Source of the DNA: Daphnia carinata
Taxonomy: Eukaryota
Length of the DNA: 64,000 nt
Direction: 5' to 3'
Assembly: GCF_022539665.2 (NCBI RefSeq)
Contig: NC_081331.1
Coordinates: 11,904,001 to 11,968,000 of the forward strand
The notes under the pieces were generated by a model that was given only the letters and a program-made list of their open reading frames with translations, was not told the DNA's origin and searched no databases. The translations under genes were made by a program, and so were the position numbers. Positions 13,141 through 23,631 of this stretch are shown piece by piece (within the stretch, counting starts at the first letter, position 1; each line of letters starts with the position of its first letter).

Positions 13141-16100
13141 CGTGATTGAATCACTTGTGACGTCACCTTCTTTGTGTGCGATAACCGCTCCCTACCGCTA
13201 ACAAGGGAGTTGGACTGAAACTGCCGCCGCAGCCACTCGCTTTTGACGTTCCTCTAGTTTGACCTACAAAGGCGTAGATCAAGAAATCGAACAACGAAAA
13301 CAATAACAGTCACGCATCTAAACACTCTGTCTCTCGAGGCGGTACGTTCGGAATACCATCGCACCCACGGCTACCGTTCAGCTGTGAGGAGAATTTCTAT
13401 TTTAATTAGAAAATAACAGAAGAAAAACGTTGTTTGCATCGGTCGCCAAACCTGCCCGATTCGGCCAACCAGCGTCAATAAACATGGCCACTCTTTTTCG
13501 TATACATCCCTAAAGATCCTTATGACCATGTGCCGATCAGGGATGTAAACAATAAGAAAAGTGAGAACTGATATTTATGTATATTGCGGCGGACGAGAAC
13601 GTACGTAAAAAATAAAAAAAAAACAGCCGCCTTTTAGCTAACTGAAATGACTCATAACAACAGTGCGTGCCCTGTTGTTAAAGAGGACGTAAAAGTTTTT
13701 ATCCTGCTTTCCATTTTGTTATTCTTCCTATGTGGCCAATTTTATTGCGCCGTTTTGTTGTTTTCTTTTTTTTTTCCTTACTCTTTTTCTTCTCCGATGA
13801 CCTAACGTGAAATGACTTAGCTCGTTCTCCAATTTGGAGCTGGTCAAGACAAGGAATGCGGTGGCTAGTTAAGGTGATGTCATTAACAGGACCAAAACTA
13901 CTTTGTGGTGGACATAGTCTTTTAACTACGACTTTGGACGCTCGTCATCGGCATTCTGTTGACTCGCGAGCTCTCAATGGACGTCGTTGTTTGCTAAGAA
14001 AAGAGCAAGAAAAGAAGAGAGATCGTGTGCTCTCAGTTTACTTGTGATGTGGCTGATGGCCAGCAGACACATCTGTCTTTCAAACTGAAACATGTGCGCC
14101 ATCTGCGGTTTCAGTTTCGATTGCTCTACCCCTCCCAACTTCCCTGCCTCTTGAATGGAGCAGAGCTTCCGGTTCCATTCGCCCAACCCCCTTGATGAAT
14201 GAATGTATAGTTCGCGTGCACTGGTTACTATTGGGAAGCGCGTAGCCAAGCCAACTGTCTGAGAAAGTTTAGTTCTTGTTTTCTTTTTTCGGCTCGACGT
14301 TGGACGCGCTTGCGCCAACGTGAGCCAAACCAACGTGGACCACGAAGAGATAGAGAGTTGGCATTTTTCTATTTTAGATGTTGGCGGTCGTTGTTTTGTT
14401 AAGAAGCGCGCTGTTGTTTCTGATTCCTCTCGACTTTGCGCTATTCTTCCCCGGCCTCGATTGACGTAGTGCCAAGCTCAGTCGACGTCCCTTTGCCAAA
14501 GTCTTTCGAGTCGATCCAGAAAGTGTTGGACGTCATTCGGCTGTGCTCCATTGAAAAGTTAAGGCTCCTCGACACTCGTTTGCCCACCGACACGTTCTTC
14601 TGAGCTGCAGAATCGCTTGATCGGAAATCCGTATCCTTCTCCTCTCACATTTCTGTCCGTCTCTTCTTTATCTTTTGGCTCGTTTTCATCGCAGCGCCAA
14701 CGATGCTGGTGTCGTTTTGAGTTGGCCCACAGTTTGTTTATGGCCAATTTCAACCCGATCCGTTCTCTGTTCAGTGAAACCAACCGGTAACAATCTCGAA
14801 ACGATGGTGTCCTTTCCCTGTATGTCGTCTGTATCTCTGTCGTGTGTTCCAGCGCGCGCGCGCGAGTTCGTTGCCCAACCTATTTATGTTCGCGGAGAAC
14901 CTGCGCAAATCAACAGATCATTGCTAATCATCTCGTTTTCTTTTTCGTTTTGCTTGTTTCGTTGTTTTCTCGTCATATTTTAGATGGTTTCGCCACATCA
15001 CTGACGCCACGGAAGCGTACAAAGCACGAGAGGGTCGCAACAGGCGACCGGATGGAAGCGGGAGTGGCTCTTCCCCGATGGGGAGCGCCACCCCCAGCCT
15101 CAGCTCCTCTTCCAGTTCCGCTCAACTTTTACCGACACTGCCACAGGCCGCTGATTCGTCAGACAAAACGTACGCGCATACATCCATATATTCAATGAGA
15201 ATTTAAACAAAAAAGAAAAGGATGCAGTTGGATTGTATTATTGACCTCTTTTGAATATAACATGACGTAGTGACGAGCCGATCGAGGACAACGTGTCGGC
15301 CGATTCCGGCGTCAGTTTGACGCCCAGTTCCAACGAGACCCCGCCGCAAAGCGAGCCAACGAGTGAACAGCAATCTCAACAGCAGCAACAATCTCAGCCA
15401 ACCAACTTGGAGGCGGCCCAAGCCGAAGCCTCTAAGAAAGCAGGTATAAATTTGGACCGAAACGGATGAGTGCGTACATCCTCGTTTTTTTTTTTTTTTT
15501 TTTTTGTTTTGTTTTTTTTTTTGTTTTTTTGTTTTTTTTTTTGTTTTTTTTTTTCTTTTTCTTTTTGATACACAATGTTGCATTTTCAACCATAGTATTA
15601 TCATCGCCGATTGGTCTAATTTATGTTTGGCACATGTCTAGTCGTTTCTTTTCTAATTTATTATTATTATTATTATTTTGCTGCAAATGATGATGCGTGT
15701 AACGTAAAAGTTTTAATTATTTTCGTATTTGTTAATCTTTTACGAACAAAAAAGGTGAGAGCGGAACGTCGACTCCAGGAAGCGGTTCGACAGCGGCATC
15801 GCCGGCGCCACAGCGTCGCCTTCAACGGGTGGAGATACTGAAAATAGCCGAAGGAACGCCGTTGATCGATCCCACAGAAGTGGTCGTTTCTCAAGGAGCC
15901 GTTCTCACGGCCGAACCTGTCCTCACTCCATTAGGTATCACCTTTAATAATCTTATAGACTTTGAAAGGGGGGAGGAGAGACATGAGGGCAATAGAATCT
16001 TTGCGTGTAATTTATTTATTTATTTGCCAAGAAGCTTATATGTTTTAACGCTGTGCATTGTCACGCTTTTCGTATTTATAGAAAAGCTACGGAGGAAAGA

Positions 16101-17211
16101 TCAGATGATCCGAGCTGCTCTGGCGGACAAACAAAGACTCGTGGCCGACATTCTACACGTTCCGCACTCTGAGCTCGATCCTGCATCCGAGTTGCTGAGC
16201 GAATCGGAAGGCGAGAAAGAAGCTCGATTGCTAGTCATGACGGCCATAGCTCAAGGTAAACACTATTGTTTTAGTTGAAATGCAATGATATGAAGTTGCA
16301 GCTTTTTATCATCCTTTCTCTTGTTTTCTCGCCCAATGTTTAGCCACCCAACTCTCAGCTGTGCTGAACGAGAGTTTGCACGTTACTGAAGAGGAAGCAA
16401 TTGCTGCCGTTTCGGCGGATCCCGCAACATCATCACCGTCTTCGCCCCGATGTGCCCGGCGGATTAATCGAATGCCTGGAGCTGCCACCACCAAACTGCT
16501 CGCCATCACGTCCGCCCTCAATAAGGACCTGACACAGCTACTGGTATGTTTTTGGCGACCGTCGCTTAAATAAAAGGAAAGTCTATAACGACATTTTCAA
16601 ACTGGAACAGGGAATCGTCACGAATCGAGACGAGGAACGCGACCAACTGCGTCGTGAGTTGCAAAAAACGCGCGATCAGCTAGCTGAACAGTTGGTCCTA
16701 CAAGTCGTATCCCATCCGAAGTCTACTTCACGTCCGGTTAGCCATGTTTCCCTATCGGACTGTGAAGCGACGATAGAATCTGAACAGTCTGAGGGCGCCC
16801 CTGCGTTCCCGGAAGCCGACATCCAAGCACCAAGTGGCAAGTTTTGTTTATATTATTTGTTTGAATGTTGAACTCTCCGTAATGCATCTTGTGGCCTTCA
16901 ATTCACTGTTACAGGGTGCGATGGAGAATCATCTAATGGGAACGAGTCACTAGTCGACAAAGCGATAGCTCCTATTGTAGCTGAATCGGCGTCGCCAATC
17001 ATTTCGCCTATAGACGAAGTTGATAGCGGAATAAATACAAACCAGGTGCGTATTTATAAGACTAAATTAATAGCAATACTGTGAAATGTCTGACTTCTGA
17101 CGAACACGTTTTTTAAAATCAAAAATACAGACCGTGAGCGAGGAAATCGTCGATAGGATTGATCTTGGAGAGAAAACCGAATTGGAAGTTTCCCAAAGTA
17201 GTGAAGCTTGA
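46..17211 (+). CDS. RhoGEF2: Rho guanine nucleotide exchange factor, RhoGEF2/ARHGEF11-12 type (DH-PH and C-terminal part). Multi-exon; the PDZ/RGS/C1-encoding 5' part is probably upstream of the window.
   Basis: Spliced reading gives DH motifs EKQRQEVIN/ELFHTERSHVRNLKVL (7127-7964) and CRRLQLKDIIPTAMQRLTKYPLLLESL (8305-8613), a PH domain LIYEGALTWR..VVLLEEYILLLQKQDDKYVLK (8764-9010), AQIYDLVA..ERKA/WFRHI (9243-9331, 14984-), and IAEGTPLIDPTEVVVSQ..VLTAEPVLTP (15755-15934). Approximate exons: 46-902, 1759-1828, 1931-1986, 6459-6532, 7127-7355, 7745-7964, 8098-8211, 8305-8613, 8764-9010, 9243-9331, 14984-15169, 15271-15443, 15755-15934, 16082-16255, 16343-16543, 16611-16836, 16915-17045, 17131-17211 (TGA). 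Phases were consistent at the junctions I checked. Confidence 0.9.
1088..1120. repeat. (GT)n microsatellite
   Basis: Direct reading; intronic. Confidence 0.95.
4345..4538 (+). CDS. Candidate alternative first coding exon of the RhoGEF gene
   Basis: ATG-initiated, GC-richer 194 nt (64 codons + 2) ending GAA AG|GTTGTT. Phase 2 joins exon 6459 in frame. The donor is weak. Confidence 0.5.
5158..5261 (+). CDS. Candidate alternative first coding exon of the RhoGEF gene
   Basis: ATG, 104 nt (34 codons + 2), strong GC|GTAAG donor. Phase 2 is in frame with exon 6459. Confidence 0.4.
12682..12842 (+). CDS. Candidate alternative first coding exon giving a RhoGEF isoform without the DH domain
   Basis: MDILRDLRRRSLQLDSGDVERFRSPSERRGS..LLH, 161 nt (53 codons + 2), CAC AG|GTTTGG donor. 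In frame with exon 14984 (AGA TGG TTT). Confidence 0.55.
13084..13137. repeat. (GA)n microsatellite
   Basis: Direct reading; intronic. Confidence 0.95.
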
Positions 17212-19264
17212 AAAACATTATTATTTTTTTTTTCAACGCTAACCAGAGAAGAATATGAATTTATCTTCCTAAGTAAGTTGTTTTTAAGTGGCATGAAAAA
17301 GAAAAAGGTAAAAAAAAAAGGGAAAAAAGCGAAAAAAAAAACGAAATATTCACTTCCATCTTCTTTCGATGACCTCATTCCGCCATTGAGCGACCTTTGT
17401 ACATATGACGCCAAGACTCGCTTAAAGTGCAACAATTTCAAAAAAACAATAAGAGCATGGATTTTTTTCCTCCCCCAAGTGAAGATGATTAATTGTATTG
17501 AAAGAAACGAAAAAAATCAACAAATATCACGGTGGACGATTGTTTAACGTGCCAATCAAGACATGGAGTCAGTCGGATCCTGGCGCTAAGGCCGATCTCT
17601 ATTGCATCCTTTTTTTCTGTTTTGTTTTATTTTGTTCCTTATTTTTCAAAGCTTTCTTCGGCGACTAGCGAACCTCTGAAATCGAAGAATTTCCCCTTTT
17701 TTTCCCTGTACATCTCTTTCGATTCGATAAAGTCGTATGTCTTTATTCCTTTCTTCTTTGTTGTGAATTGCAAAACACCAGCTGATCTATCTTAACTTGC
17801 AGGATTGGTTCATAACAAATATACACAGAAGGAAGCAAAAACTATTTTGTGAACGATGTCGTAAAAACAAAAGAGGGAAAGAAGAAAAATGGCAAAAAGA
17901 TTATAATAGGCAACCGTATCTTCATCTCTATGGGAATATTGTTTAGACAGTATTTTTGAACTGCGAACGTGGCGCTAGAGACTTAACTTGCTCGATGTTA
18001 CTATAAGAATCTTGTAAGTGCATAGGATCAAATTTATTTTCCCACGACGGCTCTTTTTTTCCAATTTTTTTTTTTTTTCATTGATTCGGTTTTTTTATTT
18101 AATGATTAAAAAGATAAAGTTCATTTTGACTCGTCCCCCCTTTCCTGCCAACTTTATGTCTGTGCTCTTGATTTCCCCCGTCTTTGTCCAAAATATCACC
18201 CGTTTTGTTTTGTTGTACCGCAGAACTCTTTAATTATTAAGGAAACTCCTTTAGGTTTTCTCACCATTCTTGCAATACACTTGAAATATATTGTTTGAGC
18301 TTCTGACTAGATTTAAGCTAGTTAGCCGCAGAGCTCTTCCAAATAGACGGGTAGCAAATTACGATGTTGCAAAGAAGGAACCCGAAGGGTAGGTTAATTG
18401 GTGAATTTTTTTCTCAACATGTCGGGCTTGCAAATCGGTGACTTACGATGTTCGAAGGCTTGCCGATAATTATAACTGTTTCTTAATTTAAAATGAGTGC
18501 AGCGCCCAGCGAGAAACAGCGACGAACATTTGACATGCAAGATGCAAGCTTTACAGTCAACTTTCAGCTTCGCAGTCCAGCAAGATCTGCAGACAACAAT
18601 AGAAATCAATTGGTGTCTTGTGTGTTTCCTGTTCTTTTTAACATTTTCGTTGAGAAAGTGCAAAGGCCTTCTCACATTTGTCAAAATCGGTAAAACCGCC
18701 ATTTATTTTGAAAACGATTCGTTTCACGAGAAAACCGATCACGGATTCTAAATCAGCGTTCAAATTTGATCATTTAGTGTGAGTTTTGTCCAATTTCAAC
18801 AGCTTTCGTTTTTGGACGATTTTGACAAAAGTAGGAAGGCTATAGCCTTCTCACTTTTTCATTTTTGGCCAAAATTTAAATTTCACTTAAAATACATGAT
18901 TCCGATTCAGAATTGAATGCTGATCACGGAAATCAAGTTCATTTACCAATTGGCCTTATGGTTAAACGTAAAAAACGAAAAAATCAGGAAAGTCGGGCTT
19001 ATTTATTAGTCGGGCTTATTCATTAGTCGGGCTTAAATTTTTTTCTACAAAACCTGATACCTCGTTGGAAATGTTTGAATATCACAGGATATTATGGCAA
19101 TCCATTTTACACAAAAAAAAAAAAAATTTCGCCAAAAAAAAAAAAAAAATCACAATTTTTTCTTTTTTTCCGACACGTAGCCATCTACCGCTTAGACTCG
19201 TTATTACTGGCATAGGCAATTTCAGTCCATTGGATGCCATTCGCAGTTAGTTCAGTAACGTGGA

Positions 19265-20740
19265 TGGAGAATAACGCGTGGCTGGAGGAACAATTGAAAA
19301 ATGGATAAGATAATACAACAAAAGGATGGTAAGTATAAACATTATTATATTGGTTTTCAATTATTAATTATTGTTTATTAGATCAAATTATGAAGCTGTA
19401 GGCCCAATTATTGGAACAACCCAAAATATTAGATAACAGCAAAGCTAAGGATGGTAAGGCCTAATATGTAATGATTCTATTTATTTGCTTTTATTCATTT
19501 GTGTTTTGTAGCTCAAATTTTGAGTCTACAAGCTCAGCTAGGAGAAAAGAACAAATTGGAACGGAACAGTTTCCAAACAGTGAAGGAGGTTTTTCAAAAC
19601 TCTTCCCTAACTGAACGTGAGGATGAGTTGGCATTAGGCGAACACAGTCAGGTACCTAAACGTTTCAAATAAGAATTCAAAATAAGTATAGAATTTTAAC
19701 AAACAATTATTTATTGTTTAGTTATTCAGTCTACCACCTGACAGTGTGTTAAAGTTAAATTCTGTTAGTGCTGCAGTAAAAGAATTGTTAGTAATAAGTC
19801 CATGCAGCGAAGGAAGTGAACAATTGTGGGACCGTATTTGGGCTGAAAATGGGTGTGGTACGGAAACCCAGAAATAGCATGAGTTCAACATAAAACATGA
19901 ATTAGGTACTTTTCGGTTTTTTGTCTATTGAAAAAGTATTTTTAATGCTATTATTTTGCATTCACAGAATATTAGTGGGGGATCAAGTCAAGTCTGAAAG
20001 TGTTACAGATGGAAGAGTGAGCCTACAGTTGAAAAACACTGAAAGTGCATTACCATTAAGGTATGAGGTAAAGTAATAGAGTATGCAAATTGTCTAATGA
20101 GAAGTACCATCTTGTGTGAATGAATCCTGTGTAACAGCAATCCTTTATAGTTCTGTCACAGCTAGAAGCCTCAAATAATTCTGCCTCTCTTGCTAAAGAA
20201 CAACTTGTCCTTTACATTCAGAGTGTTGGTGAAGCTAGGTACTTAAATGGCCCTAAAGATGTTTCATTTCGTTGGCATTGCAGCGATGAACATCATACAT
20301 GGACTTTTTAGGTATGAAAGGAATTTTCTTGAAAATATTTTGAATTTATGACAAAGCATTTCTCCTCCTTTTTGCCAACCATGTCTAATCTACAAAAAAA
20401 AATTATCCAATAGGAAAGGATTTTCAGCATACTGGGAACACAACTATCAACAATGCAACATTCTACGGGTGTTATTTTATCATTCAAGAGCCTTGTACAA
20501 TGATTTTCATCTACAATTTGTATGGCCTTTCCCAAGCTTCTGTCAGAAGTTGAATCTATGAGTCATGTAAGTCACATGAGCAACAATTGAGATGCTTAAT
20601 GGTGTTGTTTTTCTTTTCTCAGTGTAGGTTAATAGTAACATTGGATCTGAAAAAATTCGTGGTTGGGGCATGACACTGAATAAATTGTAATGATTGGATG
20701 GATGACATGATATTTCTATACTTCATTCGGATTCCCGAAA
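19265..20740 (+). pseudogene. Degenerate intron-containing gene of unknown family in the transposon left arm (copies at about 32958-34435 + and 36150-37625 -)
   Basis: Regular GT..AG introns of about 50-70 nt (e.g. GATG|GTAAGT near 19329, GATG|GTAAGG near 19454, CAG|GTACC near 19652, TTAG|GTACT near 19905). Exons read MDKIIQQKD/QIMKL*AQLLEQ/QILSLQAQLGEKNKLE (coiled-coil-like) with in-frame stops and frameshifts. Boundaries are approximate. Confidence 0.6.
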
Positions 20741-20774
20741 CGGTATTTTATATTTAAAAAATTGAAGTGCATAT

Positions 20775-21142
20775 CTGGGCTCCCTTCCTTTCCGTAGCCC
20801 CGTTTCCCCTTGACTCGTAATAAGCCCGTAGGGGGTCATGCCCCTACTGTACGGTATATATAAAAACAACATATACCGAGGTTTGGAGGGCTCTGGCCGG
20901 AAAGGGGACGTGGGGTGCCGCTTAGTCCGATGATGTGTTCACGGAGGGCGATGTGGCTACCCACAAATCCGAACTAAAGGTTAATCGCTCCTGTAAAAAT
21001 GTTCCAAATCTTCAGCTCTTCTTCCGGCTTCTCTTAGCCAATCACCGGGTAATCTCCCCGGTGGGTCAACAAAGCAGTGTCTCCCCCTGCCTGGGTTGAC
21101 GGCAACTTTTGAAAGGGATATTGTGCCCTTTTAAAGTTGCAA
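20775..21142. other. GC-rich hairpin cluster H1 (copies at 34470-34835 and, inverted, 35750-36118)
   Basis: Consecutive stem-loops: GTAGGGG..CCCCTAC, CGGTATAT..ATATACCG, CACCGGG..CCCGGTG, GTCAAC..GTTGAC, GCAACTTTTGAAAGGG..CCCTTTTAAAGTTGC, plus a long-range CCTTTCCG/CGGAAAGG pairing. Confidence 0.75.
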
Positions 21143-21317
21143 AAATAATTGTATGTGCAGAGAATTGTCAATAAAATTTTTTTTATAAAATATTTTTTGG
21201 AAAATTTGTTTCTTTCATTGTCTGTGTTCACACATTACATTTATCAACTTTTTTTTATTTGCTTTGCTTTACTTGTTTTTGTAACTTTCTATGGTAAGCA
21301 TTGCTTCCGTGACAATT

Positions 21318-21387
21318 GTCGTCTGGGATTTGAACCACAGAATTCTTGCACCATAGGCCAGCGTGCTACCGGTATGTCATACTACCC
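21318..21387 (-). pseudogene. tRNA-like sequence T1 (degenerate, A/B-box spacing retained)
   Basis: Minus strand TGACATACCGGTAGCAC...GGTTCAAATCCC. Stems are imperfect. Confidence 0.55.
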
Positions 21388-21475
21388 TTGTTAACATTGT
21401 TTCGGATTGTGATACCTATATAGATATTCAGTACACACTAGCTTATTGTTGAATGCATATTAGTTATTTGTAAGT

Positions 21476-21545
21476 TCATGGTTGGAATAATGGTAAAGCA
21501 TGTGGTTGTCATGCTAGAATACTAGGGTTCGATCCCCATATCAGT
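21476..21545 (+). pseudogene. tRNA-like sequence T2
   Basis: TGGAATAATGGTAAAGC...GGGTTCGATCCCC, followed by a T6 run at 21592-21597. Confidence 0.55.
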
Positions 21546-21686
21546 TAATGTACAGCTAAATAATAAATACAAAATTAAATAGTGTAAAATCTTTTTTATT
21601 GTCCCTCCTTCCACCCACATATCCACCACTATTACATACATTTTAAAATACAGTACACAACATACAATACATATACAGATACACTT

Positions 21687-22012
21687 AAACTAACACGTTG
21701 GCTGCCACGCCACCATTTTCTACTGTCGCTAGTGTCGCTATCCTAGGGATAGCGACCAAGGGGGCCGGGTAGGCCGGGCTGACACGGCGATGAGACCTTT
21801 TTGGGAACGCACACCCCAGGTCTCATCAGCCGCATCGAAAAAGGGAATTCCCTGTGGTGCGTTGCCTAGGGGCCATTCGGCCAATCTTGGGCAGTGGCGC
21901 TGCTCCACCCCATGGCAGATAGACCATGGAGCAGAACAGCGCGGCCCGTCCCTGTCAAGCTACAAAAAAAAAGGGGATCAAAGTGGGTGGGTGGCAGCCA
22001 ACGTGTTAGTTT
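21687..22012. mobile_element. 326-bp fold-back element with 22-bp perfect terminal inverted repeats (MITE-like or structured RNA domain)
   Basis: AAACTAACACGTTGGCTGCCAC (21687-21708) and its reverse complement (21991-22012). Internal palindromes and hairpins: GTCGCTATCCTAGGGATAGCGAC, GATGAGACCT..AGGTCTCATC, AGGGAATTCCCT, CCATGG..CCATGG. No clear TSD. Confidence 0.6.
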
Positions 22013-22051
22013 GCAAAACATAATACAACATAAAACAAAACACAACCATAC

Positions 22052-22262
22052 CACGAAGACGAGGCGACCACGAGGTGATGAAGGGGCGATAGGGGAGGCG
22101 TAGACGGCGTGACCACGAGGCGATGACAGGGCGACGACGACGGGCGAGGCGACGGGAGAGGCGAAGACGGGGCGACGGGCGAGGCGATGGGCAAGGCGAC
22201 GGGCGAGGCGAAGACGGCTACAGGCGAGGCGACGGACGGGGCGAAAAGCCAGGCGACGAAGG
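22052..22262 (+). repeat. Degenerate purine-rich tandem repeat, core GGGCGAGGCGAC (~12 bp)
   Basis: Direct reading. Confidence 0.85.
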
Positions 22263-23631
22263 ATTATGAAGTGAAGAACGGGCAAAACTTAGAATTTTGA
22301 TTCAATTTTGCGTGGAACAGAAGATGATGGCATAGTTCTAAATGATAAATATGAAGAAAACGTTACTACATGTGGAATATAATATTATTGGCATAATTAT
22401 AACAGGGAAGGAAATTTACTTTACCCTGTTGTCCAAAGACGCAAAAGTTGTTGGGCTGGTAATTTTGCTGAAGGAGAAGGCTCAGCAGACCTACGATGGG
22501 ATATTATATTTAAAGAATGGCAACAGTAGATAAGCCTCAAACTTAAAATACCAAACAGGACTGGCTGTGATGTCCATTTCTATGTAAGTTGGTTGGTAGT
22601 GGTTAATCATTGGAATCCAAACAAAGAGGGACACGATGCACTAGTCAGATTAAAGCTGTTTCTGATGACTAGGCAAAGGGTAGTCAAATGAGACAGTGGT
22701 GTGTTGGTTCTATCATTGGTGACCTTCCCACTGGTTAGTATGTCTTCCGTTGTAAGTTTTACAAAGCTAGATGTTAAAGTCAGAATCATGCCAATATTAA
22801 CGGCCACACACAAGTTACATACCTCTAAATAGAGCAACAGAGTAGCGTGATGGAATGCTAAGGTCATAGTTCTTTGACAGAGCAATTTGTGACAGTTTGG
22901 AATTGGCAGCTTGCATAGCTTGCAAGATTGCCCGTTACATGAAAAATGAAATATTTGGTTTGCTTCACGTCCAAAACGACACAGGGAATAAAACACTTAA
23001 TAGTACTTAATTTTATACAACTTTTCACTGGAGTCTAACATTTTTAACAAAGACTTTCAAGCAGGATTAACTGCTTACACCACTGTCACACGTAAACATT
23101 CCACCATTTTGGAAGCGCAACAGCGACATCTAGTTTTTTTCTCAACAACCAAAATAAAAGTGAATCGAAGAAGAATTAGTGAACAAGTTGTTTATTAAAA
23201 AACCTCGGTATTACCATTAAAATACATGATTTAGATTGGAAATTTCACAGGGCTTTTTACAAGCGTGTCTGACCAGCATCAAACTGTAGTTTAAGAATAA
23301 ATAATCTTACGTGTTTTTGTTTAAAATAGTACTTCCCATCTCTTGCCAGCTTTTAGTCGTATAAATATCAACACATAATCACCAGGTTTTTCTTGTGTCT
23401 TCTCGGTTAGAAAATGAAAATACAAAATGACAAGGTTAAGTCAAAACAACGAATTACTAGAAGATCAACTGTCGGTCACACAACATGATACAAAAACACG
23501 ACATTTACATATAAAACAATCGGTTCGGTATTGCGAACGCCTGTGTGCCCTTTGCGCTAATACCAATTTAATGAAGATATTGACCAAAAAGAACGACATT
23601 TTAGTTTTTTGCGCTCGTCCCCAGAGTCAGA

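Larger units (their letters stand above)
17590..21308 (+). repeat. Copy A of a ~3.7 kb near-identical direct duplication (partner 31264-35001)
   Basis: Shared sequence from GGCCGATCTCTATTGCAT to GGTAAGCATTGCTTCC. Identical translated ORFs at 18394-18751/32087-32444 and 20308-20535/34003-34230. Confidence 0.97.

Noticed and set aside
980..15690. Numerous Phe/Lys-rich short ORFs in RhoGEF introns (and similar ones at 44-63 kb)
   Set aside because: They are translations of poly-T/poly-A and microsatellite tracts or antisense shadows of real exons.
18990..19035. AGTCGGGCTTA x3 as a CRISPR-like array
   Set aside because: Only three 11-bp units with 6-7 bp near-identical spacers, in a eukaryotic repeat; it is a simple sub-repeat.
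21789..21830. Hammerhead ribozyme (minus-strand CUGAUGA followed by a stem)
   Set aside because: The stem is followed by UCAUCG rather than GAAA. CUGAUGA is simply one arm of a hairpin.
22300..23000. Minus-strand gene (129-aa ORF 22607-22996 and splice-like sites)
   Set aside because: Probably another decayed cargo gene, but the frames are interrupted and no family is recognisable, so no call is made.
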